This document shows, one piece after another, positions 60,974 to 64,000 of a DNA stretch of 64,000 bases. Source of the DNA: Pseudogymnoascus verrucosus (Eukaryota). The notes under the pieces were generated by a model, which did no database searches, was not told the DNA's origin, and saw nothing but the letters and a program-made list of their open reading frames with translations. Each line of letters begins with the position of its first letter. Position 1 is the stretch's first letter. The stretch is from the NCBI GenBank assembly GCA_001662655.1, contig KV460252.1; one strand, 5' to 3'. The translations under genes were made by a program, and so were the position numbers.

Positions 60974-61494
60974 ATTAGCGGCGATGATGATGATGGTGAT
61001 AGTCCGGAGCTGGTGAAGTATGTAGAGGATAAAGAGGTGGAGAGGAAGGTCCAAAACTTTCCTACGGGAGGTATTAGTAGAGGAACTTGATTTTGTATCT
61101 GTAATGCATGCACACTTAAAAAATTGAACTTTGTTCAGCCCATTTTGTTGATGAGCGGTATTTCAAATGGTGATATGATCTGTTTGCAATCACTACTAGT
61201 ACTATGTTGCCGCAGAAGCCCCAATAATAAACAGCCAGCAAATATATGGCGTTTATAACATGGTTGATTCGCTTAGTCCCATTAGATCGGAGTTACGGAA
61301 ATGGTGCGATTGATTGCAGGGTATTGTCTGTGCTTGGGTACCAAAATAATTTCTTCTGCATATTCTAGAAGTTTTCCATTGCCAACGAGGCTTGATGGTG
61401 TACGGCGTGCTCGAACTTAAACCACATGCCACCCGCACACTCCCCTCGTTCCACTTGTAACATCACCCCTTCCCCACCCCCTGAATACCCAAGT

Positions 61495-62673
61495 CTACCT
61501 CTTCTTCGGTGCTCCGATAACTGTCCGCGAATAGCTCACACTTGCAAGCGGCACATCCTCTCTCCTCGCTCTCTGCTTCGCCTCGATCCCCGTCCGGTCC
61601 GTAACAACTGTCGCATCGATAATGCTGTCAAACTCGTCATCATCGCCATCGGATCCATTATCTGAATCCGCCTGTACATCAGGTTCGGCGACCGGCCCGG
61701 GACACGGAATATGCGCTGGAGAAGGTTTGGAAGTTGAGACGGGGTTGGAGAAAGGTTTCGAGGCGAGGACTTGTCGGCGCAGTTCAGCCATTTCCGCTTC
61801 GTCATCGGAGTCGTCGGAGAGATCGAAGGGGTCGCGGTCGTTTTGGGGGATGGAGGAAGATGGGTCCGAGGAGTTTTTCGGGGGTTTGGAGCCGAGGTAT
61901 ATTCCGTCTATGCTACCCTCATCGTCGTCGTCTTCCCCATCCTCATCATCATCTTCATCTTCGTCGGAACTCACGGCGGCTCTGTGGTTGGTGTTCCCGC
62001 TCTTCCAAATATCATCCGCTGCCCCTTCCTCCCTACTGTCCGTATATTCCTTCTCTAATCTCTCCATCCACGCCTCCTGTGCCTTCTTCACGCCCGCTTC
62101 ATCCTCACACGCAGCGTAGCGCTTCAGAATACTGCTATTAATTTCCAAGAACGCGCTACCATAGCTAAATGGCGCCAATATCTCCTCTGCCCACTCAGGA
62201 TGTCCACAGATATAAAACGCTGCCGCTAGGGCCTCCACGCAGTTTAGGCGCCATGGCTTTCCGTAGTTCACCGAGTTCGCCGCCACAAGATATGGTAGCA
62301 GACGCTCGCACTTCCCGCCGATGCGCGCCCACGGCACTTCACTCGTGCGCGCCCATGAGCACTCTACCACCGCTGCGCCGTAGGCCTCCATTATCTCGCG
62401 GTCTGCGGGGGAGACGGTCGCCTTGCCGTTGGGGGTGATGATGACGCCGGAATGCTTCTGGCCGATCGCGAGCTCGCGCATCAGGCCTTGCTTCATAAGT
62501 TTGCGGCCAGAGCAGCGCTTCGGATCGCAGTGACCGAGATCCCAACATGCGGCGCGGAAAGAGGGGCGGGCGTGGGGGACTTCGGAATCGTCATCTCTGG
62601 GGCCGCGTTGGCGGGGGGCGTTGGCGTATTTCTTGCCTTTGGGGCCGAAGCCGTCCTTCTTGTGGCGAACCAT
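61495..62673 (-). CDS. TSR3: 18S rRNA aminocarboxypropyltransferase
   Basis: WDLGHCDPKRCSGRKL, VECSWAR and RLLPYLVAANSVNYGKPWRLNCVEALAA, with an acidic tail. Confidence 0.95.
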   Translation of the reverse strand: MVRHKKDGFGPKGKKYANAPRQRGPRDDDSEVPHARPSFRAACWDLGHCDPKRCSGRKLMKQGLMRELAIGQKHSGVIITPNGKATVSPADREIMEAYGAAVVECSWARTSEVPWARIGGKCERLLPYLVAANSVNYGKPWRLNCVEALAAAFYICGHPEWAEEILAPFSYGSAFLEINSSILKRYAACEDEAGVKKAQEAWMERLEKEYTDSREEGAADDIWKSGNTNHRAAVSSDEDEDDDEDGEDDDDEGSIDGIYLGSKPPKNSSDPSSSIPQNDRDPFDLSDDSDDEAEMAELRRQVLASKPFSNPVSTSKPSPAHIPCPGPVAEPDVQADSDNGSDGDDDEFDSIIDATVVTDRTGIEAKQRARREDVPLASVSYSRTVIGAPKKR

Positions 62674-63029
62674 AGCCGGAGAAATAAATTAGGTATTTGT
62701 AGTATTTGATTTCTGAGATCGTTGCGGGATATAAAGCGTAAATGTGGCCTGCTTCGTCTTTTGTGAGTCGTATGTGTGGTTTGGGGGAGGTTGATATGCT
62801 GCCCCGCCAAATTCTACAATCACGATAATAACATTGTGCCGCTCCACACCGCCCAGTGCCTTCCCCCCGACCCTCCGACATGGCCGCGCAGTGCCAAGCT
62901 ATATCTAGGTGGAGTATCGACATCACCACACCACATCATAGCTCCAGCTTCCTTCTATTGCCCAATTTCTTTGCATGCCCTCTCCCCGAACTAGCTCACA
63001 CCGGGCTTCATAACCACCCAAACCCGCCC

Positions 63030-64000
63030 ATGGAAGCTGCCTCAGCGCGTATGGCTGCGCGCGACCGCTTCTCACAAGCCGGCGACTCGGGTCCCACCCC
63101 GCTCCAGCGCTTCATCCAGCAAGCCTGCTCGCCCGAGTACTTTGAGCCGAACCTGTCGCTCAATCTCGAGATCGCGGACCTCATAAACTCCAAGAAGGGT
63201 AATGCGCCGCGCGAGGCCGCCGTTGCGATCGTCAACTATATCAACCACCGGAACCCCAACGTGGCCTTGCTGGCGCTCAGCCTCCTCGACATCTGCGTGA
63301 AGAACTGCGGATACCCGTTCCAGCTGCAGGTCGGCACGAAGGAATTTCTCAATGAGCTTGTTAGGAGGTTCCCGGAGAGGCCGCCGGTGAGGGCCACGAG
63401 GGTCCAGTTGAGGATTTTGGAGGCGATTGAGGAGTGGAAGAGCACTATTTGCCAGACAAGTCGGTATAAAGAGGACTTGGGGTTCATACGGGATATGCAT
63501 AGGCTGCTCAGTTATAAGGGCTATACGTTTCCGCAGGTTAGGAGGGAGGATGCCGCCGTATTGAATCCGAGTGATGTAAGTGCTTTGGTTCCTTGTTGTT
63601 TAGTTCCCAACAGCTGGCGGAAACTGACACGTAATAGAACCTCAAGTCGGCAGAGGAGATGGAGGAGGAAGAGAGGTCTGCGCAATCGGCAAAGCTGCAG
63701 GAGCTGATCCGGAGAAGTGGGCCGGAAGATTTGCAGGAGGCGAATCGGTTGATGAAGATAATGGCTGGATATGATACCCGATCGAAAACTGATTATAGAG
63801 CGAAGGCAGCTGAGGAGGTGGGCAAAATTCAACAAAAGGCGAGGCTGCTAGAGGAGCGGCTTGAGGCTTTCCAACCCGGAGAGACAATGACCGAAGGTGA
63901 TGTGTACGAGGAGCTTGCCGCATCACTGCAAAGTGCCCACCCCAAAATACAGAAGATGTGCGAGGAAGAGTCGGATGACCATGAAGCCGTGGCGAAACTC
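63030..64000 (+). CDS. GGA2: GGA clathrin adaptor (VHS-GAT), truncated by the window end
   Basis: VHS motifs LLDICVKNCGYPFQLQ and DMHRLLSYKGY. Intron 63576-63637. GAT start AQSAKLQELIRRSGPEDLQEANRLMKIMAGYD. Confidence 0.92.

Overview
This is filamentous ascomycete (Pezizomycotina) genomic DNA, with short GT-AG introns, CTRAY branch points and RIP-type damage in repeats. A Leotiomycete such as Pseudogymnoascus is my guess, not something the sequence proves. The window has four zones. (1) About 1-14.7 kb is an ion-transport cluster: an ankyrin gene tail, three divergent Vcx1/CAX exchanger paralogs, a PMC1-type Ca2+ P-type ATPase and a FET4-type low-affinity metal transporter. Two of the three CAX proteins lack the conserved alpha-2 glutamate. 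(2) About 15-50.5 kb holds core genes: a WC-1-like photoreceptor, a Nup37-like protein, an Ace2/Swi5-like transcription factor, a CBS-PB1 protein, MRP4, KAP121, an SDR with a divergent Zn2Cys6 gene, SDS23, SNIP1/PML1, and a lipase-NB-ARC gene that appears able to make a lipase-only isoform. (3) About 51-61 kb is a RIP-scarred accessory island: a full-length hAT transposon with TIRs and an 8-bp TSD, LINE and TPR remnants, a Kex2-type secreted Cys-rich protein and a 10-Cys defensin-like peptide. (4) TSR3 and a truncated GGA gene close the window. All exon boundaries were read by eye and are unverified.
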